DNA from: Octopus vulgaris
Taxonomy: Eukaryota
DNA length: 64,000 bases
Assembly: GCA_951406725.2 (NCBI GenBank)
Contig: OX597822.1
Coordinates: 86,924,001-86,988,000 of the forward strand
Reading direction: 5' to 3'
The notes beneath the pieces are model-generated. The model saw only the letters and a program-made list of their open reading frames with translations. It did no database searches and was not told the origin of the DNA. Every line of letters begins with the position of its first letter. Positions within the stretch are counted from its first letter, which is position 1. The position numbers and the translations under genes were made by a program. Shown in pieces: positions 24,027 to 41,269 of the stretch.

Positions 24027-24669
24027 TTAGTTTAAAATTGTTGGTGTTGCCTTTCGTAAGATTCCTCCTGCTTACACAGTATCATTGTTCATCCTCACAC
24101 CATTCGTCACCAATTAATTTCCTACTTGGTTTTCATTATTAGTACAGTTTGGATTTCCATTATATAGGTGACCTAATTATCTTAACTATTAATAAATTTC
24201 TTGAGTTACTCACAAGCATTTCAATTAGTAAGATTTCATAATAATAATTCTATGACTACTCCCAGCTCCACTTTGTAAATTAATTGATAATCCAAATGTA
24301 TCGTTAGACAAGCAACATACCAACATCTTAGTTTCTTTCTTGTTTACTTCAAATCTTTGGTTTCTTATTAATAATTTTTATTTTCTATTTTTTCTCTCAA
24401 GAGGTCCAAAGTTTTTTTTTTTTTTTATCCTTTTTACTTAGTTTTCCTTTCCAATTGTTGGAAATCTCTACACTTTGCTATTTTTGTTTCATCAGTCTAA
24501 AGAAAGAAAGTCCAAGTCCTTATTTCTTTCGGTGGGCACATGTCTTCCTGTTGGAGTGTAGCATTTCAGACAGAGCAAAGGGATTTTCATAGAAATAATT
24601 TAACAGCTGTTTTGAAAAATTAACAAAGAAACCATAAAAATTGTCATAATTTTGATCTGGAATGAATTT

Positions 24670-25450
24670 TTTACTTGATTCAGTCATTGAATTGTGGCCA
24701 TGCTGGGGCACTATCTCTTAGAATTTTAGTCAAATGAATTGACCCCAGGACTTATTTTTCTTGCTTTGTTTTTAAGTCTGGTACTTGTTCTATCAGACAC
24801 TTTATACTGAACTGCTAAGTTATGGGATGTAAACAAACCAATACCAGTTGTCAAGTGGTGGGACACACACATAGTTTTACATATCTCTCTCTATATATAA
24901 ATGAGAAGACCTCTATATATAAATGAGAAGACCAAGTGAGATCGGCCCATTTAAGAGTACCTTTCAATCATTGGGCAATATGCAGTGCTTGAGAAGACCT
25001 GCTGAGTCAAGTGAACTTAATGTCGTGGCCGATGCCAGTACTGCCTGACTGGCACCCATGCCACTGGCATGTAAAAGCACCATTCGAGCATGGTCATTAT
25101 CAGTGCCAACTGACTGGCCCCTGTGCCGGTGGTATGTAAAAAGCACCTACTACACTCTTGGAGTGTTGGGCATCAGGAAGGGTATCCAGCTGTAGAAATC
25201 TTGCCAGATCATATTGGAACCTGGTGCAGCCTCACTCAAACTGTCCAACTTATGCCAGCATGGAAAGCGGACGTTAAACGATGATGATGATGATAATTAA
25301 TGGGTTTCTTTCCGTTTCCACTTACCAAATCCGCTTAGAAGGTTTGGTTGACATGCAGTTGTAGTAGAAGACACTTGCCAAAGATACCTCATGGTGGGAC
25401 TGAACCCAGAACCATTTGGTTGAGAACTTCTTATCATACAGTCATGCTTG
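24670..25450 (-). mobile_element. SINE family A split by a plus-strand RTE 3' end (24930-25293)
   Basis: Tail 24670-24870 and head 25300-25450 flank a (GAT)n-tailed RTE end. Confidence 0.75.
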
Positions 25451-25621
25451 CACTATCCTTTCTACAATTCTTTGTCACCTTCTGGCAGTTTGTCATATTT
25501 TGGGGTTTTGATGAGATCAGGATTAGTTTTAACAACATCGTGGATTATTTCCAAAGTTTGGTTTGGTAATCTCAGCATACAACACACTCACACATACACA
25601 TGCATGCAGAAAGTCACACAT

Positions 25622-25671
<50 letters not shown>

Positions 25672-26139
25672 ATGACCATTGAGCTACAGTTGCTCTCCAT
25701 CTGACAGTTTCCATGCATTCAAATTTTTTCTTAAGGTTTGGTTAAACAAAAGGTTGTGGTGAATGCATTTACTCAAAATGCCATGCTGTCATATTGAACC
25801 TGGGAGCTTATGTTTGTGAAACAACCTTCTTAACCCTTCATCCACTACTTGTGTTCTGAATTAATCCATTATTTCAAGATTCTTGCACCTTAAACTCTGG
25901 ATTTTCTGAAGCCTTAAATTACATTTTAAAAAATTTGTGATACATCTAGATAATCCTTACAGTACATCAATGTGGTGCACCACAGCTTTTGAGAACAGAT
26001 GTAGTAGGGTGTGAGTTGAGGAAGACCTGGTTGCTATTTTAGTAGGTTGAGAGACCACATTGAGGGAAACTTTGTTGATTTGTATTTACTTACTGTTTCT
26101 TTGTTGGTATTGGATAGCTGTGGTTTATATTGGTTTCAA

Positions 26140-26335
26140 CTTTTGGCACAAGGCCAGCAATTTTAGAGGTGGGGAAGTTGATTACACCAGCCCCCAGCAT
26201 TCAACTGGTACTTCCCAAATCAACTCCAAATAGATGAAAGGTAAAATCGATCTCAGTGAAATTTGAACCCAGAATGTAAAGACAAATGAAATGCTGCTAT
26301 ATATTTTGGCCTGGCATTCTAATGATTCTGTTAGT
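26140..26335 (-). mobile_element. SINE family C
   Basis: Homology to the other family C copies. Confidence 0.75.
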
Positions 26336-26559
26336 GAATATTAACAACATCTGTGGACATACAGTTGCCTAATTGGATTCTTACTGATAACTTACACACT
26401 AAACATAATAATTCCAGTCTAATTATTCTTCAGGTAACTTAACTGATTGGTTTGGAAAGGTTGAACATCACAGATTACCTTGGAGAAATTTAAATTCAGA
26501 ATTTTAAGCACAAAATTATTCGGGGATTAAAAATTGAGTGTGGCACTGGTAGTTTGTTG

Positions 26560-26810
26560 GGACAGAAGGCAAGGATATAGCTCAGGACCTGTGTGGTTTG
26601 CATTGTCTTTGTGCTCCTGCAATCCACTTCTGTTGGTAGGAGGGGACACCTCTGTTAGTGCAGCTTTTCCAGGCAGGGCAGTCTTGCACTTGCATTTCCA
26701 AGTTGTCAGGGTTGATCTCAGTGAGGCTCTGAGTGTATTCTTGGAGCACTTTTTCTGTCCAACTTGTGTGTGCTTGCAAAGGGAGACAGAACAAAGTCGA
26801 TCATAAACAA
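26560..26810 (-). mobile_element. Old RTE/BovB-like LINE C-terminal fragment
   Basis: KHTQVGQKKCSKNTLRASL and INPDNLEMQVQDCPAWKS resemble the RTE C-terminal GKRSxGGQKKRFKDTLK..WE..AQDR..WR motif. Confidence 0.65.
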
Positions 26811-27188
26811 CCAAGTGCACTTTGGTTGTTTTATTATTCAGTGGTAGTGGTGGTGGTGGTACAGTAATGTGGTTCCCTGCAGGACTTCTTTTTTTTCTTT
26901 CTTGCTTACTATTGCTGTAGATATTTTCAATTATTTAGTTCCATTATCTCAAAGTATATTAAAAACAAACAAACAAAATAAAACAGAGCTTAACTTCTAG
27001 CTTGTGAGAATTAAATAGCTGAGCAATTATAAAATGAAAACTGTCCATTAAAACACCTGTTAATTGCTGATTTGAAAACATTTCTAAGCCCTGAGAGCTA
27101 ATTTCTCATTTATCACAAAGATTTCCATTTACTTCCATTAACTTACATCAACATCATCACCACTGCCACTCCCACTGCCTCCTTCCCC

Positions 27189-27223
<35 letters not shown>

Positions 27224-27550
27224 AGCAAAAAACAATCTTGAAATTAAATAACATTAAGTCAATTTCTTCCTTCAGATATAATTACATTTTTTTGTATGCA
27301 AAGATAGGAGATTCCTTTCTCAGTGCTTTTTTAAAAACAAGTCAATTATTTTATGTAAATATATCATTATCAAAATATATAAAATATAAATTACTTTTGA
27401 AATATGAATTTAAGAGAATTTCTCATCAAAGTAAAAGAAATGCTGAGTCAAGCTTTTCATTTCATTTAGATGTGATTGGAGTAAACCTTGTGTGTGTGTG
27501 TATATACACACACACACACACACACATATATATACACACATACACGCACG

Positions 27551-27594
<44 letters not shown>

Positions 27595-27659
27595 TGCCAG
27601 CATGGAAAGCAGACATTAAACTATGATAATAATGATATCATCATCATCATCATCATTTA

Positions 27660-28048
27660 GTGTAAAGCACCTTTCAAGCATTGGGCGTCATGGCTGCAAA
27701 CTGGCTAATGCTGGTGGCATGGGAAAAGCTCCTTTTGAGTGTTGGGCCTCACGGAAGCAATGGCTGAGGTGTTTGGCATTATGCTGTGCTTGAGAAGAAG
27801 ACCCATCAAGCCAAGTAAAATTGCAGTTGTGGCAGATACTGGTGTCATGCAAATGGCACCCGTGTTGGTGGCACATAAAAGCACCATTACACTCTTGGTG
27901 TGGTTGGCATTAGGAAGAGCATCCAGCTGTAGAAACCATGCCAAATCAGACTGGAATCTGGTGCAGCCCCTCAGCTTGCCAGCCCTGGTCAAACCATCCA
28001 ACCCATACCAGCATGGACAACAGATGCTAAATGATGATGATGATGATG
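27660..28048 (+). mobile_element. RTE 3' end
   Basis: Reverse complement of 5033-5400; (GAT)n tail. Confidence 0.85.
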
Positions 28049-29454
28049 TTGATATATATGTATATGTATACACACACACACACACACACATATGTATTAA
28101 CTTTAATCTCTGATCAATTGGCTGTTTTTGAGCCAATCAGGAGCCTTTATTTGGTTGCTTAATCTGCTTGAAACAGTAGCCAAATCTCTCTCATCTTAAA
28201 GAGAAAACAGACATTAAATATTGTCAGAAAAAATAAAATAAATATTTAGTCAAAAACGTGAATATTTTTGGTAATCCTAGGTTTTGAAAAAGCCAGCTTT
28301 TGAGTTTAACTCACAGATCAACTCAAATGATGCAAATCCTTCCAGCTCTGATACCTTGTATATATTTTTTGAAACATCATATTTCATATATTCTTGACTA
28401 GATATTTCTTTTATTTCTCATTTGTTGCAATCAGCTGGAGAGCTCTTTAATTGTCTCCATCCTTCATTAATTCCTCTCTGAGTTTTGCTTCTCTTAGATT
28501 ATGTTTATTTCACATGTTCTTTAGTTTTCTCTCACTTTAACTATTGCTGACAGTTGACTTACATCAGTTGTTTATGCAATATCTAGCTCCCACCTAATTC
28601 TATCACAGTCCAAACTATCAATTTCACTTCTTTACTTTATAATCTCTCTAATGCTTTTAACACCCTTCTTGCTTCTTTTACTGGTTTCAGTTATCAGACT
28701 GTGGCCATACTGGGGCACCACCTTGTTTTCTGAAGATTTCTTAGACAATTTTCCTTAATCACTTTTGTAGGTATAAATTTTTAACTCATTTACCATAAAA
28801 TTTTTGTTTTATATAATATAACCATTCCCGTAACTGTTTTTAAAAATGCTTCCAAGTAATTCTTTAATTTTAAAAAGGTGGAATTATTGAGTTTATTTCT
28901 TTTAAAATAGTCATTTGTTAAGTTGCTTGTTCAGTCGTTCAGTTTTAACTTCAATGTACCCTCAACTTTTCAACTGATAAACAAGTTATGTTACTGATTT
29001 TCTTTTGTAGATCATAATATTGAGTTCAAATTGTGTCATAGTTATTCTTCTGTCACATTCAGAAACCCCCAAATAAATCTGGCTTCGATCTTCACCTATT
29101 TCCTCTACTGAACGATAGGAAAACAACATTTTTCAATCTTAGAGAATCAATTATTTTTATGGTAGTTATAGAAATGGAAGAGTTGAAATGTTTGTGCAAA
29201 GTGTGATAGGATGCTGTTTGAAATGTACCAAATATGTTCTGATTCAAGATTTCTATCTTGTTTTCGTTAACCTACAGTAAACTTTTAATACAATCCCTTG
29301 CTATGTAATCAGATGAATAATAATAAGATGGGTAGATGTTGAAGAAAGTTTCATAAGAGCAGTTCATTTTAGCTGTGTGTTTGCTGAAGTCACAAGTTCA
29401 GCACTAAATTCAATTAGTGATTTAGTGTAGCAGCAGTATACGATCAACTATAGG

Positions 29455-29765
29455 AAGATATGGAGTTAAGTGATTAAGACATTCAGCTCAGGATCATAAA
29501 GTTATGAGTTTGATTCCTATCAATATGCTGTGTCTTTGAGCAAGACATTCTATTTCATGTTGCCCCTCTCCACTCAGCTGGCAGAAATGAGCAATACCTG
29601 TTATTCAAAGGGCCAGCCTTGTCACATTCTGTGTCACGTAGAACCTCCTTGAGAACTACATTAAGGGTATGTATGTCTGTAGCGTGTTCGGCCCCTTGCA
29701 TGTTAATTTCACGAGCAGGCTGTTTGGTTGATCAAACCAACTGGAACCCTTGTTGACTTAGTGCT
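29455..29765 (+). mobile_element. SINE family B'
   Basis: Homologous to 7897-8225. Confidence 0.8.
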
Positions 29766-29852
29766 AGTTATTATGTTGCATGGCCAACTGGTCTCTTATT
29801 TGTCTTTGATATAGTCTAGTTTTTCAGACAATCAAATAGGACTCCAGCACTA

Positions 29853-31212
29853 ATCATCATCATCATCATCATCATCATTTAACATCTGTTTTCCATGCTG
29901 GCATGGCTTGGATGTTTTGACAGGAACTAGCCAGCTGGGTAGCTGCCCAGGCTCCAATTATCTATTTTAGCACCGTTTCTGTGGATGCTCTTCCTAATGC
30001 CAACCACATTACAGAGTGTAGACTGGGTGCATTTATGCAGCTTCAGCGTGGGTGCTTTTATGTGGTCCTGGTATGTGTGGTTTTCCATGTCATCAGCATG
30101 AGTGCTTTTTATATGACACCAGCACCTGTGAGCCTTCCAAGTGAAGGACCTTTTTCTGAGAGGGGGATGTAGTGGACATGGTTGTATGTATGGACAGCCA
30201 CAGTTTTACTTAGTTTGACATGTCTTCTTATACACAACAAACCGTCAGTGGTCTTGGTCGCTTATCGTCTCCTTTGTGAAGTCCAGTGTCTGAAGATCTT
30301 TTCTCACCACTTCATCCTGCATCTTCCTGGGTTTACCTCTTCCACAGGTTCCCTCCACATTTGGAGATCAGAACTTTTTTATGCAGCTGTCCTCCTTCAT
30401 ATGCATCACATGATCATACCGGCACAGTCTTCTCTCTTGAATTACTACAACAGATGCCTTTTATACTCAATTTTTCTCTTAAATCATTTACACTCTGTTG
30501 TATATGCACACTGACATTACACATCCAGAGGAGCATACTGGTTTCATTTCTTTTAAGCCCACACATGTCCACTGTAATCATAACCCCTGTTTCACTGCCA
30601 TGTACCATAGCTGTTTGTACACAGGCATCATCTACCTTTCACTCTGAGGGAGAAGCCCTTTGATACTAACAAAGGTAGAAACTTTTTCCAGCCTGTTCTT
30701 ATTCTAGTAACTAAGCTTTCAGAACTTCCTCCTCCACTGCTAACTTGGTTGCCTCAGTAATAGAAGCTATCTACTACTTCTAAAGACCCTCCCCAGACAT
30801 TTGAGGAAGTCTATTCTCTACATTCTTAGTGTTTATTATACCTGCACATCTGCCACACACAAAGACTACTCTCTCTGTTAACCTTGTTGTGATACTGATG
30901 CACCTCTTATGTGTCCATAGCTTACACTGGGTACACTGTATGGAGTTTCTACCAACACCCGTCTTACATATTGAGTAGGGCCATCTCCCTGAAGGGATTT
31001 GAAATTTGTCTGTTTTCCTATTTACTAGAACTTTAGTCTTTGCTAAATTAACCCTAAAGCCCTTTGATTCCAAACTTTGTCTCCACACTTGAAGTTTCCT
31101 CTCTAGTTCAGGTAGTGATTCAGCAATAAAAAAAAGGTCATTAGTGTAGAGGAGCTCACAAGGGCATCGAGTCTTAAATTCCTCTGTTATGGCTTGGAGG
31201 ATTATGATAAAC
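29853..31212 (-). mobile_element. 5'-truncated RTE LINE
   Basis: FIIILQAITEEFKT.CPCELLYTNDL..LESKGFRVNLAKTK, Cys-rich insert CTQCKLWTHKRC, 3' UTR and tail. Confidence 0.9.
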
Positions 31213-32119
31213 ATTTCTCTGTTATGACCTGTATTAACTAAGTGTTAGTAGAACCAGTCTCTCTCACCGAATACAGTTAATGTCTCTTACTTTTATGTTG
31301 CCTTCTTCTAAATCTTACCATATTAATGATTGAAATTGCATCAGTGCATTGACTATAAAGAGTGGGCTTCAATATACAGCTTCAATGGGGTGGGATCAAT
31401 AATATGAACACTCTCAAGGAAACTTAAAGCATGTATAGACAAAAGATTGACATATTTATGAACACTTATAAAAATGTAGGGACTGTCCATTTGTTAGTTT
31501 TTGACCACCTGGAATCTTTCCTGCTTATATCTTATTGCTATGCAATACCAACCATTTCTTCAAAGGAACAATGTATTAATTGTGAACTAAGACAAGTTTC
31601 TAAATTCTTGCCTTTGGAATATTCCTTTGACTAAGCAAAAGGTGAATATTCTAAGGCGAAAAGAGAAAATCAACTGAATCAGTCCCAGGGTAATAAAACT
31701 ATGTATTTCATCGACTGAAAAGGAATTCCAAAGCTGACCTCTGAGAATTTAAACCCAAAAGAGTTAGGTACCCACTTATTTACCTGAAAGCATTCACATT
31801 AATATTCTACTGCCATCAATATTTTCATCACCCATTTTTTCCCAATGCAATATTACTAGTTGCATGTGTGAATGGTTGATTTTAGAATAGAGAAGTGAAT
31901 TCTTTCAGGGAATTTATCAGTTGTGCATAGCTTTCTTGCAACAAACCAATGAAATGGTAGAAAGGAGATACATGGAAGATGCAATGCATTTAAAAACATT
32001 TATTAAAGATATTTTTTTATGAAGTATAAAGCAAACCAATATTTTAGCAAATCACTAGTTTGACTTGTTTAATGAAGACAAGAATTTAATATTTTATGTT
32101 TGACTTAGATTTTGTTGGA

Positions 32120-32430
32120 AACATTGTTTTACATCATTTACATTTGATGGCTATTTGTCCTTATCTTGTTTGTTGTTAATACAACATTTCAGCTGATATA
32201 CCCTCCAGCCTTCACCAGGTGTCTTGGGGAAATTTCGAACCTGGCTTCTCATTCCTAAGGTATTTTTTGATGTTGCTATTGTTATTATTCAGGTCACTGC
32301 CTGGAATCGAACTCGGAATCTTGGGGTTAGTTGCTCACGCTCTTAACCACTATGTCGTATGCTCATGGGCAATTATGGAGTGAATTTTAGGGCTTATAAA
32401 TCTAATATTCTCCTATCCTTCCTTAAAACC
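32120..32430 (-). mobile_element. tRNA-head element with hammerhead tail (copy 2)
   Basis: Minus: tagtggttaag (A box), gagttcgattcc (B box), then gacac-CTGGTGA-aggctg..cagct-GAAA-tg-tt-gtatt. Confidence 0.75.
32178..32223 (-). ncRNA. Minimal hammerhead-like motif
   Basis: Stem I gacac/guauu, stem II ggcug/cagcu; the consensus with copy 1 restores CUGAUGA and GAAA. Confidence 0.6.
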
Positions 32431-32464
32431 TTAATATATTGTTTTACTTTGTATATCGGTTTGT

Positions 32465-32660
32465 AATTTTGGCACAAGGACAACAATTTCAGGGAAGAGT
32501 GTAAGTTGATTACATTGACCCTAGTAATCAACTGGTACTTATTTTATTGACCCTGACAGGATGAAAAGCAAAGTAGACCTCAATGGAGTTTGAACTCAGA
32601 GCATAAAGACAGATGGAATGCTGCCAAGCAATTTGTCTGGTGCAGCAGCAATTCTTCTCG
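32465..32660 (-). mobile_element. SINE family C
   Basis: Homology to the other family C copies. Confidence 0.75.
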
Positions 32661-32784
32661 TTTGTATCGTCTGCTTTCTCTTAGCATGGTTTGTTGCAGG
32701 ACATGATAAACTTCTGATGAGCTTAAATGCCATTTGTCTGTGCATTTGTGGAGAAAAATGGCCTTGATCAAACACAAAAAGAAA

Positions 32785-32832
<48 letters not shown>

Positions 32833-33698
32833 ATGTGTGTGTGTGCATGCATGCGTGCACATGTACTCATACAACAGTCATATCCAGCCTATGTCAGCAA
32901 GAAAAACAGAACATAAAGCTGGTGATGATGATGATGATGATGACAAACATGTAATGAAATATCTGTGTAGGAATATATTAATGCAGTATTTATATCAGTC
33001 TTTGTATATGAATGTCCTCTCTCTCTCTCGTCTCTGTGAGTATGGTTTTATATATATGTGGCTTTGTATGTATATAGATATGTGTAAATATACATGTACA
33101 ATAGCCATAAACACATACACAATCTCTGCTGGTGGGAGCATAAACCATTTCAAATTAACCATATTGAAATATAATCATCTCTCTCTCTCTCTCTCTCTCC
33201 TTCTTTCTCTCTATCTGTCTCCTTCTTCATCATTAGTCTCTTCGAAGGAATTTTGGTTGACTTATTTCATCATTTAGAGTGGGGTGAAATTGCTACCCCA
33301 AGCAAAACAAGTAATCTGAACATTCTTCATCTGTCCATAGTGGCAACCTTAAGGCTCCACTTTCGTTAAGGACTAAATAAAAGTTCAGAGTTGCTCTTAC
33401 TTGTTTGGAAGGTTGTTATTTCTGGTTGCCAGTGAAATTACTTCTAGGTTGTTGTTGTTGTTGTTGTTATTTTAAGTGTGAGTTTTATCCCTGACTGAAT
33501 GGAGCTAAAAAATCATTCCAGTCTCTTGTCTGTCTGTTTGGCTCTGATTTACTCAGGCTTACTGCATTTTCCCTTGTACCGAAACAAAACATTAGGATTT
33601 GAAAAAAAAACAAAAACATTTGACTGCTATATCTAGCAGGACAATTGACGGTCTAGAGGAGATACAATAGAGATAATAATAATAATAATAATAATAAT

Positions 33699-36054
<2,356 letters not shown>

Positions 36055-36111
36055 TGATTGATTGATTCTAGTTTCAGCTCATGAGCTGTGGTCATGCTGG
36101 GGCACCGCCAT

Positions 36112-36168
<57 letters not shown>

Positions 36169-36761
36169 TATAATAATAATAATGGGTAGTCATGATAGGT
36201 ATATTGGGCTTCATATATTTTACCCCAGTGTCACTTTGATGGCATGAACTGCTCTCTCACTCAATAATAATAATAATAATAATAATAAAGGAGGGTGAAA
36301 TAGGTGGGCTTTGGCACTGCTGCGATATAAGCTTGCTGATTCATTTGAGCCATGGCATTGTAGTAAATGTAGAAGAGACAGGGAGAAGTAAGAGTGTGTC
36401 AGTGAGCCAGTTTTGGTAGCATTAATGTGTGAGTGTCTTTGCCAAACAGCTAAATGGTTTTTTTTTTTTTTTAATATATATATATTTATATAATCTGTGT
36501 GTGTAGCAGTTATGGCACCTTCTCAGATATGGCAGCAATATATGATTGGGATTTACAATTGGACTTTGCAGAGGATCAGCAACTGATCAAAGTGAAATGA
36601 TTTTCTCACTATGAAGAAGCAGCAGTTTAGTCTTTGGGACAGAGTTTTGACAATGTTAAGAAGAATGAAGAGTGGGTCTCATCTGTGGAGGAATGGAGGG
36701 TTAGGGTTAGAAGGACCAGCAAGAAACAGGTCATTAATATAAAGAGTATCTATAGAGTGTA

Positions 36762-36991
36762 TTCTTTTATTTGTTTCAGTCATTTGACTGCAGCCATGCT
36801 GGAGCACCACCTATAGTCAAACAAATCAACCCACGACTTAGTCTTTGTAAGCCTAGTACTTATTCTATTGGTCTCTTTTGCTGAACTGCTAAGATATGGG
36901 GACATAAACACACTGGCATCGGTTATCAAGCATGATGGGGGGACAAACATAGACACACAAACATATACATGCATACACTCACACACACACA

Positions 36992-37037
<46 letters not shown>

Positions 37038-37158
37038 ACGGGCTTCTTTCAGTTTCCATCTCACAAGGCTTTGGCTGGCCTGAGGCTATAATAGAAGATA
37101 CTTGCCCAAAGTGCCACACAGTGGAACTGAACCCAGAACCATGTGGTTGGGAAGCAAA
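36762..37158 (-). mobile_element. SINE family A
   Basis: Homologous to 15924-16345. Confidence 0.85.
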
Positions 37159-38063
37159 GCATATTCAGATGTAGAAAAAGATATGAAATGCCAGTGAAAT
37201 TAATATATGCTAACAACTTATTATCAAAGCAATCCAAAATTGCTTAAATTCAAAAGTGAACTGAGAAAATATCTCTAATAGATGAACGCACACAAAAAGA
37301 AAGTTAAGAAAAAATATAAAAAAGCCAATTTAATATTTAACTTTTGATGACGTGAGTAGATAACAAACGAATAAAAAAATAAACATAGGAATTCTATGTC
37401 AACACAATTATGAACATAGAATTCTGTCACAACAATTAGTTTTCTATCAATTAAAAATGCTAAAAAAATTATTTTGAAAAGTTATGCATATTAGATTATA
37501 TGTAAAGCAAATATAATTAATGAGTTATTTAGTATTGAAATATTTAAATGTTCTTCTATATTTGTGAGAACATTTCAATGTAAAATTACCCTTATATTCA
37601 ACAATACTAATTTAGAAGTAATTCTATAATACATTTCCTCAAGGCAAAATCACATTTAAATTTACTAGTATTGTATAATGGTGCATGGCTAATAATGGAC
37701 CACTTCAAATCAAGTCTTTTAAATCCCAAAATGCATTTATTTCTCTATAAGATTCATAGAATTATATTTTCTTCTTCACTTGAATGAAGGACAATGATTA
37801 TGTAATAAAGATTTCCAAATTGTAGCAGATGAACCTATGTCATAATACATGTGATCCCCTGTTATGACCTTACATTGATACACTGTATTTGTCCTTAAAT
37901 ACTCATTTTCTGAAGCACAGATAATTTTGTTCTCGAAATTACAAAAGCATTTATTCACTTGTATGTGATACTCATGGTTAAAGGAATTAGTACTACTCTC
38001 AGAAATAGGTGTTAAGGCAGGAGTATTATCAGTATTATAATTATAATTATCTATCTATCTGTC

Positions 38064-38102
<39 letters not shown>

Positions 38103-38104
<2 letters not shown>

Positions 38105-40815
38105 CATCATCATCATTTAATGTCTACTTTCCATGCTGGCATAGGTTGGATGGTTTGACTGGAACTGGTAAACTGGAGAGCTGCACCAGGTTCCAGTCTG
38201 ATTTGGTATGGTTTCTATGGCAACCACTCCCAAAGTGTAATGGGTGCTTTTTGTGTGCCACTGGCATGGGTGCCATATACATGACATTGGTGATGGCCAT
38301 GACTACAGTTTCACTTGGCTTAACAAGTCCTCTCAGCACAGCTTATTGTGAACAGTCTCAGTATCTTGTCATCACCTCTGTGTTGCTCATCATTCGAAGA
38401 CCATGCTACTGGTCACAATTACAATTTCCTCCAACAGCCACAACTATGATTTCACTTGATTTGATGAATCAAGCACTGCATATCACCAAAGGTCCCAGTT
38501 GCTTGTTATTGCCTCCATGAGGCCCAACGTTCAAAGATCATGCTTCACTACCTTGTTCCATGTCATCCTGGGTCTACCTCTTCTGCAGGTTCCTTCCACA
38601 ATTAGAGATCGGCACTTCTTTACACAGCTGTCCTTGTTCATAAGCATCACATGACCATACCAGCATAGTTGTCTCTCTTGCACACCACATTTGATACCTC
38701 ATATCCATTTTTTTCTCTCAATACACTTATGCTCTGTTGAACATGCACACTAACATTGCACATCCAGCAGAGCATGCTAGCTTCATTTCTTACAAACCTT
38801 CACATCTCCTCTGCAGTCACAGTCCATGTTTCACTGCCATGAAGCATGATTGTTGGCACACAAGCATCATACAATCTGCCTTTCATTCTGAGGGAGAAGC
38901 CCTTTGTTACCAACAGAGGCAGAAGCTCTCTGAACTTAGCCCAGACGATTCTTATTCTAGCAGCTATGCTCTCTGTGCATTCCCCTCTACTGCTGACTTG
39001 ATCACGTAGGTAATGGAAGCTATCAACTACTTCTATGTATCCCCCATTGGCATTTGATGGAGTCTATTTTCTGTACACTTGTAGTGTTTATTGTACCTGT
39101 ACATCTAACACACACAAAGACTATTTTCCCTGTTAACCTTCCTACTTACTAAAACTTTGGTTTTTGCTAAATTGACTCTAAGGCCCTTTGATTCTAGACC
39201 TTGCTTCCATGCCTAAAATTTCTTCTCTTGTTCTTGTAGTGATTCAGCTATAAGAACAAGGTCATCCGCATACAGGTGCTCCTAGGGGCTTCTCAACTTA
39301 AATTCCTCTGTTATTGTCTGCAGAACTACCCTGATTAAGAGGTGGCTGAAGACCGATCCTTGGTGAACCCCTACCTATACACTGAATTCATTACTATACT
39401 CATTGACAACTCTCACCTTATTGACAGCATCTCTGTACATGGCTTGTACAGCTCCCACCAACCCTTCATCTACCTCTAGTTTCTGCATTGACCACCAGAT
39501 AAGGAATTGGGGAACTCTGTCAAAGGCTTTCTCCATGTCAACAAAAGCCAAGTACAGAAGTTTATTTATGGCTAGGTACTTCTGCAATTGTCTTACCAGG
39601 AGTATATAACATTAACAGTGCTTCTCCTTGGCACAAAACCAAACTGTATCTTATCTAGACTAACCCTTTCCCTAATTAGTTGGGCTATGACCCTCGCTCT
39701 GAATTTCATCACCTGATCTAAGAATTTGATATCTTTGTAATTATTTTCATCTAAGGATGGAAATAATTACACCAGTCATTGGGTATGACACCTTTTGTGT
39801 ACAACCTAATTATCTATATGGGTGACTAGACCATAACATACACTGCCAGATATTTTAAGCATCTCAGCAGTTATTCCTGATGAGCCAGGGGCTTTCCCTG
39901 TCTTCATATCCTTCATGGCTTCGTCTACCATGCTACTGTCTATTTGGATTACTGGTCCCTCAAGCCAGACTTTCCCTCTCTCATGAGTTCTCCATATTCA
40001 GTAGCCTTTCATAGTGGCATTTCCAAGCCTCCTTCTTTGCAGAGTCACTAACTACTAGTGAACCATCATCCTTGCGAACACATTTGTCTCTCCTGCCACA
40101 TCATGATTTTCTCTGACACATTGCCTTGCCATCCAAAATGCTGCAAGCTTCTGGTTCTCATGACACAGAACACTGCCAAAGTTTCACCTTTCTGCTTCTC
40201 ACCTGGCTAAGTACACCTGTCTTCTAGCCTCCCTCCTAGCTACCTGATATAATTCCCCGCTACCTCCACTCTTCCAGTCCTTCCAGGCTTCTTTCTTTGC
40301 TCTAATGGCCTTGTCTATGGCATCATTCCACTACCACGTCACCCTAGTTCTGGTTGTGACTTTGCACCAACTGCAGATTTGGTTTGTGGCCCTCAGCAAG
40401 CTGTCCCACTGGAATTCCCAGTTGCCCTCTATGTTACATGTCTGTACTTCCTCCTCCTTGCCAAATTTCTCAATTGGGGTGTCTCTAACTGTCTGACCTT
40501 ATAAAGGATCTTTAAGCTTTCAGATCCTTCTTTTCCAGATTGGTCTGCTTCTAGGCAACCTTCTGACCTGAAGTCTAAAGTCACTGATGACTACTCCATG
40601 CTGGGGGTACATTCTTCACCAGGGAGCATCTTTACACCTGTGAGCAACCATGTATCTCACTGTCTGGTGAGAATGTAATCAATCTGGCTTGCATGGTCAT
40701 TCGATTGATAGGTAAGCAGATGACTGGCTGGCTTCCTGAAGTTGGTGTTGTAGGATCATTATGTTATTTGCATCACAGAAGTCCAGTAGCCTTGTTTGTA
40801 GCCTCTTCATTTCAG
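38103..40815 (-). mobile_element. Decayed RTE LINE, longest copy in the window
   Basis: QKYLAINKLLYLAFVDMEKAFDRVP, LYADDL, endonuclease remnant near 40.6-40.8 kb, 3' UTR and (GAT)n tail. Confidence 0.92.
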
Positions 40816-41031
40816 ATATATATATACAGCAAGAAGAAAATGGAAGGGATACAGAACTAGTATGCATCAACTGTTAGACATTATATTATGTCTTTTATTT
40901 ATTCTAAAACATTTATGAGAATAAATACATATGTAAAAACTGTGTATTACATACATACATACCAGTATTATTATTACTCTTCTTATGTACTCATTAATAG
41001 GAATAATGTACTGTACCTACTGGTAAGTAAT

Positions 41032-41078
<47 letters not shown>

Positions 41079-41141
41079 CGGAGATGTATCGCATAGCAAG
41101 TAACTATCTGATTGTGTGCTGAAACGAAAACAATTGCATGG

Positions 41142-41204
<63 letters not shown>

Positions 41205-41269
41205 TGTGTATATGTATATTTATATATACATGCATTAGCCCTCTGAACTTTTTTGACCCTCTTTTAAAC

